DNA of 32,000 nt from Staphylothermus hellenicus DSM 12710 (lineage in GTDB: Archaea > Thermoproteota > Thermoprotei_A > Sulfolobales > Desulfurococcaceae). Below are positions 17,711-26,704 of this stretch, one piece after another. Both the position numbers and the translations under genes were made by a program. The notes beneath the pieces are model-generated. The model was not told the origin of the DNA. It ran no database searches and saw only the letters and a program-made list of their open reading frames with translations. The stretch is taken from positions 1,290,001 through 1,322,000 of the forward strand of contig NC_014205.1 of NCBI RefSeq assembly GCF_000092465.1, written 5' to 3'. How positions within the stretch are numbered: the stretch's first letter is position 1; each line of letters begins with the position of its first letter.

Positions 17711-18912
17711 AAACAACAAATATACCATATGGAACATTGTTCTTGCCCATTAGGATCTTTACATAGGAGTACTTGCTATCCTTAATCCTAACCGCTGATA
17801 AATGAGATATTGGCATTCTGATTCTACGATATCTTATTCCTTTGCTTCTGAGTTCTCTCTCCGTATAGCCTATCCAAGCAATTTCTAAACCACTAAAAAT
17901 CGTGTGTGGAATTAATTGATAATTCAAAGAAAATGATTCTTCTCCCAGGATATTTCTTGCTGCTGCGATACTTTCAAGAATTGCTTTATGAGCCAGTAAT
18001 GGTTCTCCAATAACATCTCCTACAGCATATATTCTGAGATTAGTTGTCTGATACTTCTCGTTAACTTTAATAAAACCTTTCTGAGTCGTTTCTACATGTA
18101 CTGTTTCAAGACCTATATTCATAGTTTTAGGCTGCCTACCTATAGCCACTAGGACTTTATCGGCTTCGATGATCTTGTCATTTGCTAGTTTAGCTTTCAC
18201 CATGTTGTTTTCGATTGTTATTTTTCAACGATAGAGTTCTCATAGATCTTAACGTTTTTCTCTCTAAGAAATCTTTTCATAGTTAAGCTTATGTCTTTAT
18301 CGAGGAAGGAAAGTATGTTGGGCATTGCTTCAACAATAGTAACATCTACACCTAACTGTGAAAAAGCATATGCAGCTTCTACACCAATAACTCCACCGCC
18401 CATAATTAGTATTTTTCGGGTTTTTCATCCATGTAGAAAATCTCTCTATTACTTAGCACATGTTTACCATCAAAATTCATGATTGGAAGCGGCATGGGAT
18501 CGGTTCCAAGAGCGAGTATAGTGTTCTTGGAAGAAACAGTATTATTGCCTATCTTGATCTCGGCATTTGTTTTTAGAATAGCCTTAGAGTTTATTATGTC
18601 AACACCGTAGCTTTCTAAGAGGTATTCTATTCCATTACGTGTTTTGCTGACAACCGATGATACCCATTTAGATAAGCTACTCCAATCTATATTTGCGTTT
18701 CCGCCTATTTTCTCAATAGTTCGAAACGCTTCAGCAACATTATATAGAGCTTTACTTGGGACACATCCATAGTTTGTACATTCGCCTCCCAGTAAGTGTT
18801 CTTCGATCACAGCAACTTTTAAACCGTGTCTTGCAAGATATATAGCTGCTGGATAACCTCCTACTCCAGCACCTACTACTGCTACATCATACATTACCGT
18901 ATCTCACCAATA

Positions 18913-20478
18913 CTAGCAGTTATCATGTTTTCTACAAACTTTCTCTACATAAATCCTCCATGTTGGAGCAAGGGTTTTAGGATGATTAGCTCTTACATTA
19001 TCAACTCTTCTAACACTTGTATTAAGTGGCCATTTTTTAGCTTTATCTGGATCACTATATGATACATTGCTTATTTCTCTTAGTCTTTCAGCATATTTCT
19101 CAATGTTCTCAATAGTTTCTGATTCTGTAAATTCCGTCATTAATGCTTCATGAACTATTAATGGGAAATATATTGTGGGTGCATAGAATCCTGCGTCGAG
19201 CAATCCTTTAGCAATATCTTCGGCTGAAACACCTGTATCATCATATAATGGTTTAGCGCTTAATACAACTTCGTGTTTACGGTATCTATTTTTCCCGTAG
19301 GGTATATCGTATCCTTTTATATCCTTAACTAGTGAGATGAAATAGTTGGTGTTTAAAACTGCATGTTCGGTAACTGTTCTTAGCCCTTTGGATCCAAGCA
19401 TTAATATGTATATGTATCCCCATATTAGGGGAATTATGTTGCCGAAGAATGCTTTCAACAAGCCAATACTGTATTTTTCATTATTAACCAGCTTATACAA
19501 TCCGGTGTTTTCATCGTAAACCACCCTATAACCTGGCAATAGATCTCTTAGCCAAATATTTCTTTCTTTATCAATTAATCTATCCTTAATACATACCGGT
19601 CCTGCTCCCGGCCCTCCTCCGCCGTGGGGGGAACCGAATGTTTTATGAATATTTATATGTGCAATATCGAATCCCATGTCGCCGGGCCTAGTATAGCCCA
19701 TTATTCCATTGAGATTCGCGCCATCATAGTATAGTAGTCCATCTACTCCATGAATAATCTTTGATATTTCGACTATGTTTTCCTCGAATAATCCGAGAGT
19801 GCTTGGATTAGTAATCATTAGACCAGCTGTTGATTCGCCAACAACGCTTCTTAACGCATCCATATCTATATTGCCATCTTCTCCGGAAGGCACCTCTACA
19901 ACTTTGAACCCGCCCATCGAAGCACTTGCAGGATTTGTTCCATGAGCGGAGTCAGGTATTATGATTTCGCTTTTCCGATCAAGCTGATTCTTTAATTCAT
20001 GGTATTTTCTAATAATCAATATACCAGCGAATTCTCCGTGAGCCCCAGCGGCTGGATGTAGTGAGCAGTAATCCATCCCTGTAATATTTGCAAGCCATTT
20101 CTGCAGCTCATATAGTATCTCGAGTAGTCCTTGAACTGTTCTCTCATCCTGAAGTGGATGCAACATATTTATTCTATAATCATTGCTTATTTCCCAGGCA
20201 ATTCTAGGATTATATTTCATAGTACATGATCCTAGGGGTACTGGGCCGTTATCTACTCCATAACTCATTTCCGTGAGCCTAGTATAATGACGTATCACCT
20301 CTACTTCACTTACTTCGGGGAGGTTAGGCGGTTTCTCACGTAAGATCTTCTCCGATATTTTAATCTTGCCTACTTTTCTCTTAACATCCTCCTCGGGTTC
20401 AGGGATAATGAAGCCTTTTCTACCCTTGTTTCCAAGCTCGAATATTAAGGGTTCATCCCATCTAGCTTGTCTAAACAT
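18913..20478 (-). CDS. gcvPB: glycine dehydrogenase (decarboxylating) subunit 2 (P protein, beta)
   Basis: The N-terminus 'MFRQARWDEPLIFEL' is typical of GcvPB, and the PLP-lysine context 'NIHKTFGSPHGGGGPG' is present. ATG 20478 is preceded by GGTGA. The ORF track starts at GTG 20487. Confidence 0.93.
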   Translation of the reverse strand: MFRQARWDEPLIFELGNKGRKGFIIPEPEEDVKRKVGKIKISEKILREKPPNLPEVSEVEVIRHYTRLTEMSYGVDNGPVPLGSCTMKYNPRIAWEISNDYRINMLHPLQDERTVQGLLEILYELQKWLANITGMDYCSLHPAAGAHGEFAGILIIRKYHELKNQLDRKSEIIIPDSAHGTNPASASMGGFKVVEVPSGEDGNIDMDALRSVVGESTAGLMITNPSTLGLFEENIVEISKIIHGVDGLLYYDGANLNGIMGYTRPGDMGFDIAHINIHKTFGSPHGGGGPGAGPVCIKDRLIDKERNIWLRDLLPGYRVVYDENTGLYKLVNNEKYSIGLLKAFFGNIIPLIWGYIYILMLGSKGLRTVTEHAVLNTNYFISLVKDIKGYDIPYGKNRYRKHEVVLSAKPLYDDTGVSAEDIAKGLLDAGFYAPTIYFPLIVHEALMTEFTESETIENIEKYAERLREISNVSYSDPDKAKKWPLNTSVRRVDNVRANHPKTLAPTWRIYVEKVCRKHDNC

Positions 20479-20483
20479 AGTTC

Positions 20484-21893
20484 TCACCTTTTCAACTCAT
20501 TAATTATATTAGCTAGTTTTTCCACAAGGAGATCTATATCGTTTTTCGTATGTGCCTCTGTAAAAGCGTATAGTGCTGTCTCGCCGAGTTCTGGGAACCA
20601 GTTCCCTATGTAGAGCCCTCCATGAATATTGTTTTCAAGTAGTTTTTCATGAATATACCTATACTTCACTCCTATATTGTCGAAGTTTATTGGGAATTCT
20701 TTGAAGAAATCAGATTTGAATATATCAGTATTTAAACCTATTTCTCTAAGCCTTGCCTGAGCATAATGTGATCGATAATATATTAGTTCGGCTAGTTTAC
20801 GTATTCCATTCCTACCCAGTAAAGCCAAGTATATTGCTGCAGCTATTGCCGATAATGCTTCATTTGTACATATATTAGATGTTGCCTTAGCTCTACGAAT
20901 ATGTTGTTCACGGGTCTGCAATATCATTGTGAAAGCCCTTGATCCATCAACAGATTTTGTTAATCCTATTATTCTTCCCGGCATCTGTCTTACAAGTTTC
21001 ATATTCATCCGTGTAGCAAATATTCCCAGATATGGTCCTCCATAGTTTAAGCCTAAACCTAATGGTTGACCTTCGCCAACAGCTATGTCTGCACCTAATT
21101 CGCCGGGGGGTTTAATCAGGCCCAGAGATATCGGATCTACACCCATGATGAACAAGGAATCTGTATCATGAGCTATTTCTCCTATTTCTTTCGCATTTTC
21201 CTCTATGTATCCGAAGAAGTTCGGTGATTGAACATATACTGCTGCTGTGTTTTCATCAATTTTATTTTTAAGATCTTCTAAATCTATGAGTCCTGTGTCG
21301 TGGTCGTAATTTATATATTCGATTCTGACATTATGAGGAGAAAGATAAGTGTTAGCGACTCTTTTATGAATAGGGTTCATGTTTGATGGCAACAATATTT
21401 TTCTCTTATTTTTCTTAACTCTAAGACTCATGAGCAAGGCTTCAGCTAGTGCTGAAGCCCAGTCATACATTGAGGAGTTAACTACATCCATATCTAATAG
21501 TTCAGCCATTAAGCTCTGATATTCAAATAATGCTTGAAGAATCCCCTGAGAGATCTCGGGTTGATAAGGCGTGTAAGATGTTAAGAATTCGCCGCGCGAA
21601 ATCAAGTATTTTATCACAGATGGCACATAGTGTGGATAAGCACCACCTCCAAGGAAGAGTAAGGGAACAAATACCTTGTTCATAGATAATTTTTCCTCAA
21701 TAATCCTCCTTGCTGTAATTTCTGAGACAGGATTCTTTAATCCGATTTCTAAATTATCCCATTCCTCCTTGCTAATCCTTACATTTCGAGGTATATCACT
21801 GAATAATTCATCAATGTTTTTAACACCTATTTTCTTCAGCATTTTTTCTCTGATCCCCCTATTACTGTTGGGGATCCATGGATGAGAATCCAT
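20484..21893 (-). CDS. gcvPA: glycine dehydrogenase (decarboxylating) subunit 1 (P protein, alpha)
   Basis: 'MDSHPWIPNS...MLKKIGVKNIDELFSDIP' and 'SYTPYQPEISQGILQALFEYQ' are GcvPA signatures. The ORF-track extension upstream of ATG 21893 has no homology and overlaps the gcvT promoter region. Confidence 0.92.
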   Translation of the reverse strand: MDSHPWIPNSNRGIREKMLKKIGVKNIDELFSDIPRNVRISKEEWDNLEIGLKNPVSEITARRIIEEKLSMNKVFVPLLFLGGGAYPHYVPSVIKYLISRGEFLTSYTPYQPEISQGILQALFEYQSLMAELLDMDVVNSSMYDWASALAEALLMSLRVKKNKRKILLPSNMNPIHKRVANTYLSPHNVRIEYINYDHDTGLIDLEDLKNKIDENTAAVYVQSPNFFGYIEENAKEIGEIAHDTDSLFIMGVDPISLGLIKPPGELGADIAVGEGQPLGLGLNYGGPYLGIFATRMNMKLVRQMPGRIIGLTKSVDGSRAFTMILQTREQHIRRAKATSNICTNEALSAIAAAIYLALLGRNGIRKLAELIYYRSHYAQARLREIGLNTDIFKSDFFKEFPINFDNIGVKYRYIHEKLLENNIHGGLYIGNWFPELGETALYAFTEAHTKNDIDLLVEKLANIINELKR

Positions 21894-21973
21894 GCTCCAA
21901 AGCACCTTCAAGGCATTGTCATATCTTTTTATTAAATAGTTCATTAATAGATTTGACTTGTAAAGCAAACCGG
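21894..21973. promoter_or_regulatory. divergent gcvPA / gcvT intergenic promoter region
   Basis: 80-bp spacer between the divergent starts. It contains the A/T box 'ctttttattaaatag' (~21921-21936), which is usable as a TATA element in either direction. The position is inferred only. Confidence 0.35.
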
Positions 21974-23095
21974 GTGAAAACATTGGCAAAGATCCCTCTT
22001 CTAAATTATCACGTGGAAAAATTAGGTGCAGAACCAGGTTTTTTCGGTGACTGGGAAGTACCAATGCGGTATACAAGCAGTATCGAAGAACACTTAGCTG
22101 TTAGGAGAGATGTTGGAGTCTTTGACGTAAGTCATATGGGCAGAATAAGGCTGAAAGGCTCTGACGTGTTTGAGCTGATACAATATGTTTACACCAAGGA
22201 TCTCTCAAAAGTAAAAACTGGATGGATGAGCGGGCCAACTCTAGCACTTAATCAATGGGCTAGAGTAAAAGATGATGAAATGCTCTATAAGATTAGAGAC
22301 GACGAATGGTTACTTGTACCAAACGCTCTAGTAAGAGAGAAAATGTTGTCGTATCTAAGAAGCATAATAAATAATCGTCAATACAAAGTCGTAATAGAAG
22401 ATTTAACATTCAAATATTCAATGATCGCTATACAAGGACCTAAATCCCCCGATATAATGGAGAAAATAGGATTAAAAGACGCATCTGATCTTAAACCTCT
22501 CCAATTTATAACCAATATCAAGCTCAATGATATCAAATTGTTCCTGATCAGTAGGAGTGGGTGGACGGGAGAAGACGGATTTGAAGTCTGGGGAGACCAT
22601 AGCAGTATCGCTAAACTATTAGATATTCTAGTCAAAGAAGGTGTTAAACCAGCAGGTATAATTGCACGAGATACTTTAAGAATGGAAATGGGTTTCGTCC
22701 TAGGCGATCATGAGTATGGAGAGGATCCCGTTAAGTATCCATGTGCAATTAGTTTAAGATATGGATTAGGAGCTATTACGTGGAGTAAGAAGGGATATGT
22801 TGGAGAAGAAGCTTTACGGGCATGTCTAAGAGAAGGAGTAAGATGGGTTAGGATGGGAATAAAAATGAGCAAGAAGAATGCAAGAATAATTCCTCGAGAA
22901 CATATGCCTGTCTATGTAGAAGATCAAGTAGTAGGCTGGATCACTAGCGGAACATACTCTCCAATTTTGAGAAGAGGAATAGCTCAAGCATATATTGATG
23001 CCAGATATGCTATCGAAGATCTACCCGTTAAGATCATGATGAGAAACAGGTTTTATGAAGGGAAAATAGTTGATTTCCCATTTATAACTAAGTAA
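21974..23095 (+). CDS. gcvT: aminomethyltransferase (glycine cleavage T protein)
   Basis: 'PLLNYHVEKLGAEPGFFGDWEVPMRYTSSIEEHLAVRRDVGVFDVSHMGR' matches the GcvT N-terminal signature. The start is GTG 21974 (or TTG 21983). The ORF-track start at 21878 is an upstream read-through. Confidence 0.92.
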   Translation: MKTLAKIPLLNYHVEKLGAEPGFFGDWEVPMRYTSSIEEHLAVRRDVGVFDVSHMGRIRLKGSDVFELIQYVYTKDLSKVKTGWMSGPTLALNQWARVKDDEMLYKIRDDEWLLVPNALVREKMLSYLRSIINNRQYKVVIEDLTFKYSMIAIQGPKSPDIMEKIGLKDASDLKPLQFITNIKLNDIKLFLISRSGWTGEDGFEVWGDHSSIAKLLDILVKEGVKPAGIIARDTLRMEMGFVLGDHEYGEDPVKYPCAISLRYGLGAITWSKKGYVGEEALRACLREGVRWVRMGIKMSKKNARIIPREHMPVYVEDQVVGWITSGTYSPILRRGIAQAYIDARYAIEDLPVKIMMRNRFYEGKIVDFPFITK

Positions 23096-23099
23096 ATAG

Positions 23100-24212
23100 T
23101 TAAACTACTTTTTTAACAATAAATCTATTATAATCAACAAGAACTTTCCAATACCCCTTAAGCATAGCATCTACATTATCATCTCCTGTATCTACCCTTA
23201 ATACTTTGACTGAGCTGATTTTTCTCCATGTAGAAACTATCAATATGTTTTCTCTACCTACAAGCCTAATGATCTCAGGTGATATTTGTTGGTTTCCTCT
23301 ACCAAATACGAAGCCTTGTCCACCTATAGGCGAAACTATTATCATGGCTTTATTATATTTATTGATGATTTCTAATAGTTCTCTTTCTCCAACATCTTTC
23401 GCGATTAATTTTCTTCTATATATTACATCGACTCCCAGTATTGTTCCATCGATACCTAACAACTTATTGATTGTCTTAACTGTTGAGCCAGGACCGAGAA
23501 TATATACGGTGTCATCATCCATGTGCTCAATTATGTATCTAGCAATAGCTATTTTATTTTCTTCCTCGGAAAAACCATGGTAAATAGTCTTACTTGCCTG
23601 GATCTTTCCCGAAGATACTGGAACTAATAAGTATCCATAGAGCTTAATTACAAGCTTATCCCTCCTAAATGCTTCCTCATCTATGTCGAGAACTTCTCTC
23701 TCAACTACCTCTACATTTCCCTTCACAAAATCTTCAATAACCATTGCAGCATCCCGCGGTGTTGTAGCGAAAACAGCACTATACATTTTAACACCGGCTG
23801 GAACACCTAGTACTGGTATTTTTTTGTCGACTGCTTCAAGAATATCTCTAGCTGTTCCATCACCGCCTACAAACACTAATATATCGATATCTCTCATCAT
23901 TTCCTTCGCTATTCTACGGGTATCCTCGGGCGTGGTTGGCTGGTTAATGCTATTTATAATCTTGAATAATTTATCTCTAAGACTAGATTTTCTAACTATA
24001 TCTTCCCCCATGGGTTTAGGTGCAGTAATTATTTGAATATTTCTTATTCTTATATTGTTGAGGAATTCAAGAGCCCTGATTGGAGATACTGGTTTAGCCC
24101 CCCTTCTTAGAGCCTCATAGTATGCTTCGCCATCAGTGCCTTTTAACCCTACTCTCCCACCCATTCCTGCAATTGGATTTACTATGAAACCCATCCGTAT
24201 ATTCTTAGTCAA
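23100..24212 (-). CDS. ATP-NAD kinase / AcoX-like kinase family protein (COG3199-like)
   Basis: 'MGFIVNPIAGMGGRVGLKGTDG' at the N-terminus and the 'VFVGGDGTARDI' motif of the NAD-kinase/diacylglycerol-kinase fold. TTG start is preceded by GGTGA. Confidence 0.7.
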   Translation of the reverse strand: MTKNIRMGFIVNPIAGMGGRVGLKGTDGEAYYEALRRGAKPVSPIRALEFLNNIRIRNIQIITAPKPMGEDIVRKSSLRDKLFKIINSINQPTTPEDTRRIAKEMMRDIDILVFVGGDGTARDILEAVDKKIPVLGVPAGVKMYSAVFATTPRDAAMVIEDFVKGNVEVVEREVLDIDEEAFRRDKLVIKLYGYLLVPVSSGKIQASKTIYHGFSEEENKIAIARYIIEHMDDDTVYILGPGSTVKTINKLLGIDGTILGVDVIYRRKLIAKDVGERELLEIINKYNKAMIIVSPIGGQGFVFGRGNQQISPEIIRLVGRENILIVSTWRKISSVKVLRVDTGDDNVDAMLKGYWKVLVDYNRFIVKKVV

Positions 24213-24280
24213 AATATTTTCACCCAGGATTCTAGATTATATATCTGTGTCAGTATATAGTATATTGAGGTGTTTATATC

Positions 24281-25600
24281 ATGGCTATAGATATTGTTGG
24301 GAAATATCCTGAGCTTAAAGAAGTATATGAATTAACTGTTAACCACACTATATGGAGAAAGAAGGAATGCATTAATCTAATAGCCAGTGAGAACGTTATG
24401 AGCCCTCTAGCAATGCTTCTCTACCTCAATGATATGATGCATAGATATGCGGAGGGGAAACCGTTTAAGAGATTCTATCAAGGACTAAAATTTGTTGATG
24501 AATTAGAAGTTAAAGCACAAAAAATAATCGGCGAACTACTTGGAACAGACTATGTTGAGTTAAGACCTATTAGTGGAACAATAGCAAATGCTACAGTGTT
24601 TAAAGCATTTGCAGAATATGGCGATAAAGCTGTTGTAGTCCCTGTCCAAGCAGGCGCACATGTAAGCCATACACGATATGGAACACTTGGAGGACTCGGT
24701 ATTGAACAAGTAGAAATGCCCTTCAATATAGAGGAGTGGAACATAGATATTGATGGAGCCGTAAAAGTAATTGAAGAAGCAAAACCAAAAATAGTTATAC
24801 TTGGAGGAAGCCTATACATATTTCCTCATCCAGTCAAAGAAATAGCTGAAGCAGCACATAGTGTAGGAGCAAAGCTCATGTATGATGCAGCACATGTTCT
24901 CGGACTTATCACTGGAAAGGTCTGGGAGAACCCATTGAAACAAGGAGCAGACATACTGACTTCATCAACACATAAAACATTCCCAGGACCACAAGGAGGG
25001 CTGATAGCAACTGTTACAAAAGAGGACTATAAGAAAGTTTCAAAGATTGTATTCCCAGTATTTGTTTCAAATCATCATCTACATAGACTAGCAGCACTTG
25101 CAGTAACTGGTTTAGAAATGAAGTATTTTGGTAAACAATACGCTGAACAAATAGTTAAGAATGCAAAAGCATTTGCAGAAGCTCTTGCAGAAAATGGTTT
25201 CAAGGTTATAGGTGAAAACAAGGGATTCACTGAGAGTCACCAAGTAATAATTGATGTTAGAGAACACGGTGGCGGAGCTAAAAACGCGAAATTATTGGAA
25301 GATGCAAATATTATTGTAAATAAAAACATGCTACCATGGGATAAACCAGAAGATATCAAGAATCCAAGCGGTATTCGTCTAGGAGTTCAAGAAGTGACTA
25401 GGTGGGGTATGAAAGAGGAAGATATGAAAACCATAGCTAAGCTCATGCGATTAGTAGTTATAGATAAGAGGGATCCCGCGGAGATAAGAAATAAGGTAAT
25501 AGAGTTTAGAAAGAACTTCCTAGAAATACATTATGGATTTAAGATAAGTAGTGATGAAGAAACTAAACTGCTAAAAATAATGCTACATGGAGAAACCTAG
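24281..25600 (+). CDS. glyA: serine hydroxymethyltransferase
   Basis: '[12 protein letters not shown]', the PLP-lysine motif '[14 protein letters not shown]', and '[13 protein letters not shown]'. GAGGTG lies upstream of the ATG. Confidence 0.96.
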   Translation: MAIDIVGKYPELKEVYELTVNHTIWRKKECINLIASENVMSPLAMLLYLNDMMHRYAEGKPFKRFYQGLKFVDELEVKAQKIIGELLGTDYVELRPISGTIANATVFKAFAEYGDKAVVVPVQAGAHVSHTRYGTLGGLGIEQVEMPFNIEEWNIDIDGAVKVIEEAKPKIVILGGSLYIFPHPVKEIAEAAHSVGAKLMYDAAHVLGLITGKVWENPLKQGADILTSSTHKTFPGPQGGLIATVTKEDYKKVSKIVFPVFVSNHHLHRLAALAVTGLEMKYFGKQYAEQIVKNAKAFAEALAENGFKVIGENKGFTESHQVIIDVREHGGGAKNAKLLEDANIIVNKNMLPWDKPEDIKNPSGIRLGVQEVTRWGMKEEDMKTIAKLMRLVVIDKRDPAEIRNKVIEFRKNFLEIHYGFKISSDEETKLLKIMLHGET

Positions 25601-25646
25601 CTAATATTTTTATAATATCATCTAAAACAATTCATTGGGTGTAAAT

Positions 25647-26078
25647 ATGACTGATGAAATAGTTGTTGAGGTCGGCAAGAAGAAATACATTATAAAAACA
25701 GATAGAAAATATACTGAAACAGATGAATGGGCTAAAATAGAAAATGAAATAGTTGTTATAGGTATCACTGATTATGCGCAAAAAGAGCTGAAAGACATAG
25801 TAGGGGTTGAATTACCTGAAACAGGTAAAAACATTAAGAAAGGAGAAGAGCTAGGCGTTATTGAATCAGTAAAAGCAACAAGCGAGTACTATGCTCCAGT
25901 ATCTGGAGAAATAATGGAGGTAAACGAGAGACTATTAGAGGAGCCTGAATTACTAAATATAGATCCCTATGGTGAAGGATGGATAGCTAAAATAAAACCA
26001 CAAGATCCTAGAGAATATGAATCGTTGCTTCCACCAGAAAAATACGCAGAAATAATTAAACAAAAAGAAACTAAATAA
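25647..26078 (+). CDS. gcvH: glycine cleavage system H protein
   Basis: 'YTETDEWAKIE...ITDYAQKEL' and the lipoyl-lysine context 'GVIESVKATSEYYAPVSGEI'. ATG 25647 is preferred over the ORF-track TTG 25635. Confidence 0.93.
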   Translation: MTDEIVVEVGKKKYIIKTDRKYTETDEWAKIENEIVVIGITDYAQKELKDIVGVELPETGKNIKKGEELGVIESVKATSEYYAPVSGEIMEVNERLLEEPELLNIDPYGEGWIAKIKPQDPREYESLLPPEKYAEIIKQKETK

Positions 26079-26128
26079 CTATATTTTTCAAATACATAAC
26101 CGCTAAGCCAAAGAATTTATTTATAAAG

Positions 26129-26223
26129 TGGGCCCGCGGGGATTTGAACCCCGGACCTCCGCCTCTCTAAGCCCATACCAGACACGTCAGGGCGGCGTCC
26201 TAACCAGGCTAGACGACGGGCCC
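26129..26223 (-). tRNA. tRNA-Val(GAC) with a 20-nt canonical (37/38) intron
   Basis: The reverse complement folds as GGGCCCG-TC-GTCT-AGCCTGGTTA-GGAC-G-CCGCC-CTGACG[tgtctggtatgggcttagag]A-GGCGG-AGGTC-CGGGG-TTCAAAT-CCCCG-CGGGCCC-A. The BHB is present: central helix CUGA/UUAG flanked by 3-nt bulges CG|U and AG|A. Confidence 0.9.
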
Positions 26224-26478
26224 AAATACTGTTCCTTCTAAACAAGCCCCACCATCTTGTGCCGGGGCTTCACCCATTCATCCACGTATTCCAATCTATT
26301 ATATTGTAGAACACATATGGGTTTATAAAGTGAACTCTAAGCAGACAGAGAAGGTTTCAAACAAGAATGGTTTTTCAAAGTTTCCCGATAACCATAAATA
26401 TCCAAACAAGTGAATGGTTTAAGAACATAGATTATTAAAAACCTTTACGAAAACTTCTAATACAAATAAAGATCATGG

Positions 26479-26642
26479 TGGGCCCGGGGGGATTTGAACC
26501 CCCGACCTACGGGTCACTCCCTCCAGATCCAATTCATTCCTCCCATCGGGAGGTCATATGACCCATAGCAGTGATCTGGAGCTTCGACCACCCCCCTAAA
26601 TAAAGGGGTGTCCGCCGCTCTGCCTGGCTGAGCTACGGGCCC
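26479..26642 (-). tRNA. tRNA-Trp(CCA) with two introns (29 nt at 30/31 and 61 nt at 37/38)
   Basis: Reverse complement: GGGCCCG-TA-GCTC-AGCCAGGCA-GAGC-G-GCGG[29-nt intron]G-CTCCAG[61-nt intron]A-CCCGT-AGGTC-GGGGG-TTCAAAT-CCCCC-CGGGCCC-A. Splicing gives a 74-nt cloverleaf with anticodon loop CUCCAGA and discriminator A73. Both introns have BHB motifs (see findings). The 3' flank reads CCA (26476-26478). Confidence 0.85.
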
Positions 26643-26704
26643 ACCAACAGTCATCTATATATGGGTTATTGTATACTGTGATATAAGGGTTTTTGTGATC
26701 TAGG

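Larger units (their letters stand above)
17296..18894 (-). pseudogene. lpd: dihydrolipoamide dehydrogenase (glycine-cleavage L protein), disrupted by two frameshifts and a MITE insertion
   Basis: Four consecutive ORF fragments carry the Lpd motifs in order. These are FAD-binding 'VVGAGVGGYPAA' plus the redox disulfide 'GGECTNYGCVPSK' (18406-18894), 'GGGVIGVEAAYAF' (18218-18403), 'VLVAIGRQPKT...AVGDV' (to ~17711), and the C-terminal 'PYPHLTVSE' interface domain (17296-~17462). Confidence 0.9.

Noticed and set aside
17534-17753. Small ORFs sharing 'MGGCRGQRHGPPIYSKPP' (17534-17737 minus and 29242-29640 minus) and + strand ORFs 17568-17753 and 29667-29906
   Set aside because: The shared peptide simply reflects translation of the repeated IS right-end/omega-RNA-like DNA. 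The variation between copies preserves RNA pairing rather than codons, so I treat these as non-coding.
21878-22076. Long N-terminal extensions of gcvPA (to 22076) and gcvT (from 21878) in the ORF track
   Set aside because: The extensions overlap each other on opposite strands and have no family similarity. Both proteins align with family N-termini from the internal starts (ATG 21893, GTG 21974).
26515-26575. Possible box C/D guide RNA inside the 61-nt tRNA-Trp intron, by analogy with euryarchaeal tRNA-Trp introns
   Set aside because: Only weak box-like strings are present (AUAUGAC, AAUGAAU, GUGA). With GUGA taken as box D, the fifth nucleotide upstream would target U33 rather than the known C34. 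The anticodon complementarity is adequately explained by BHB formation.
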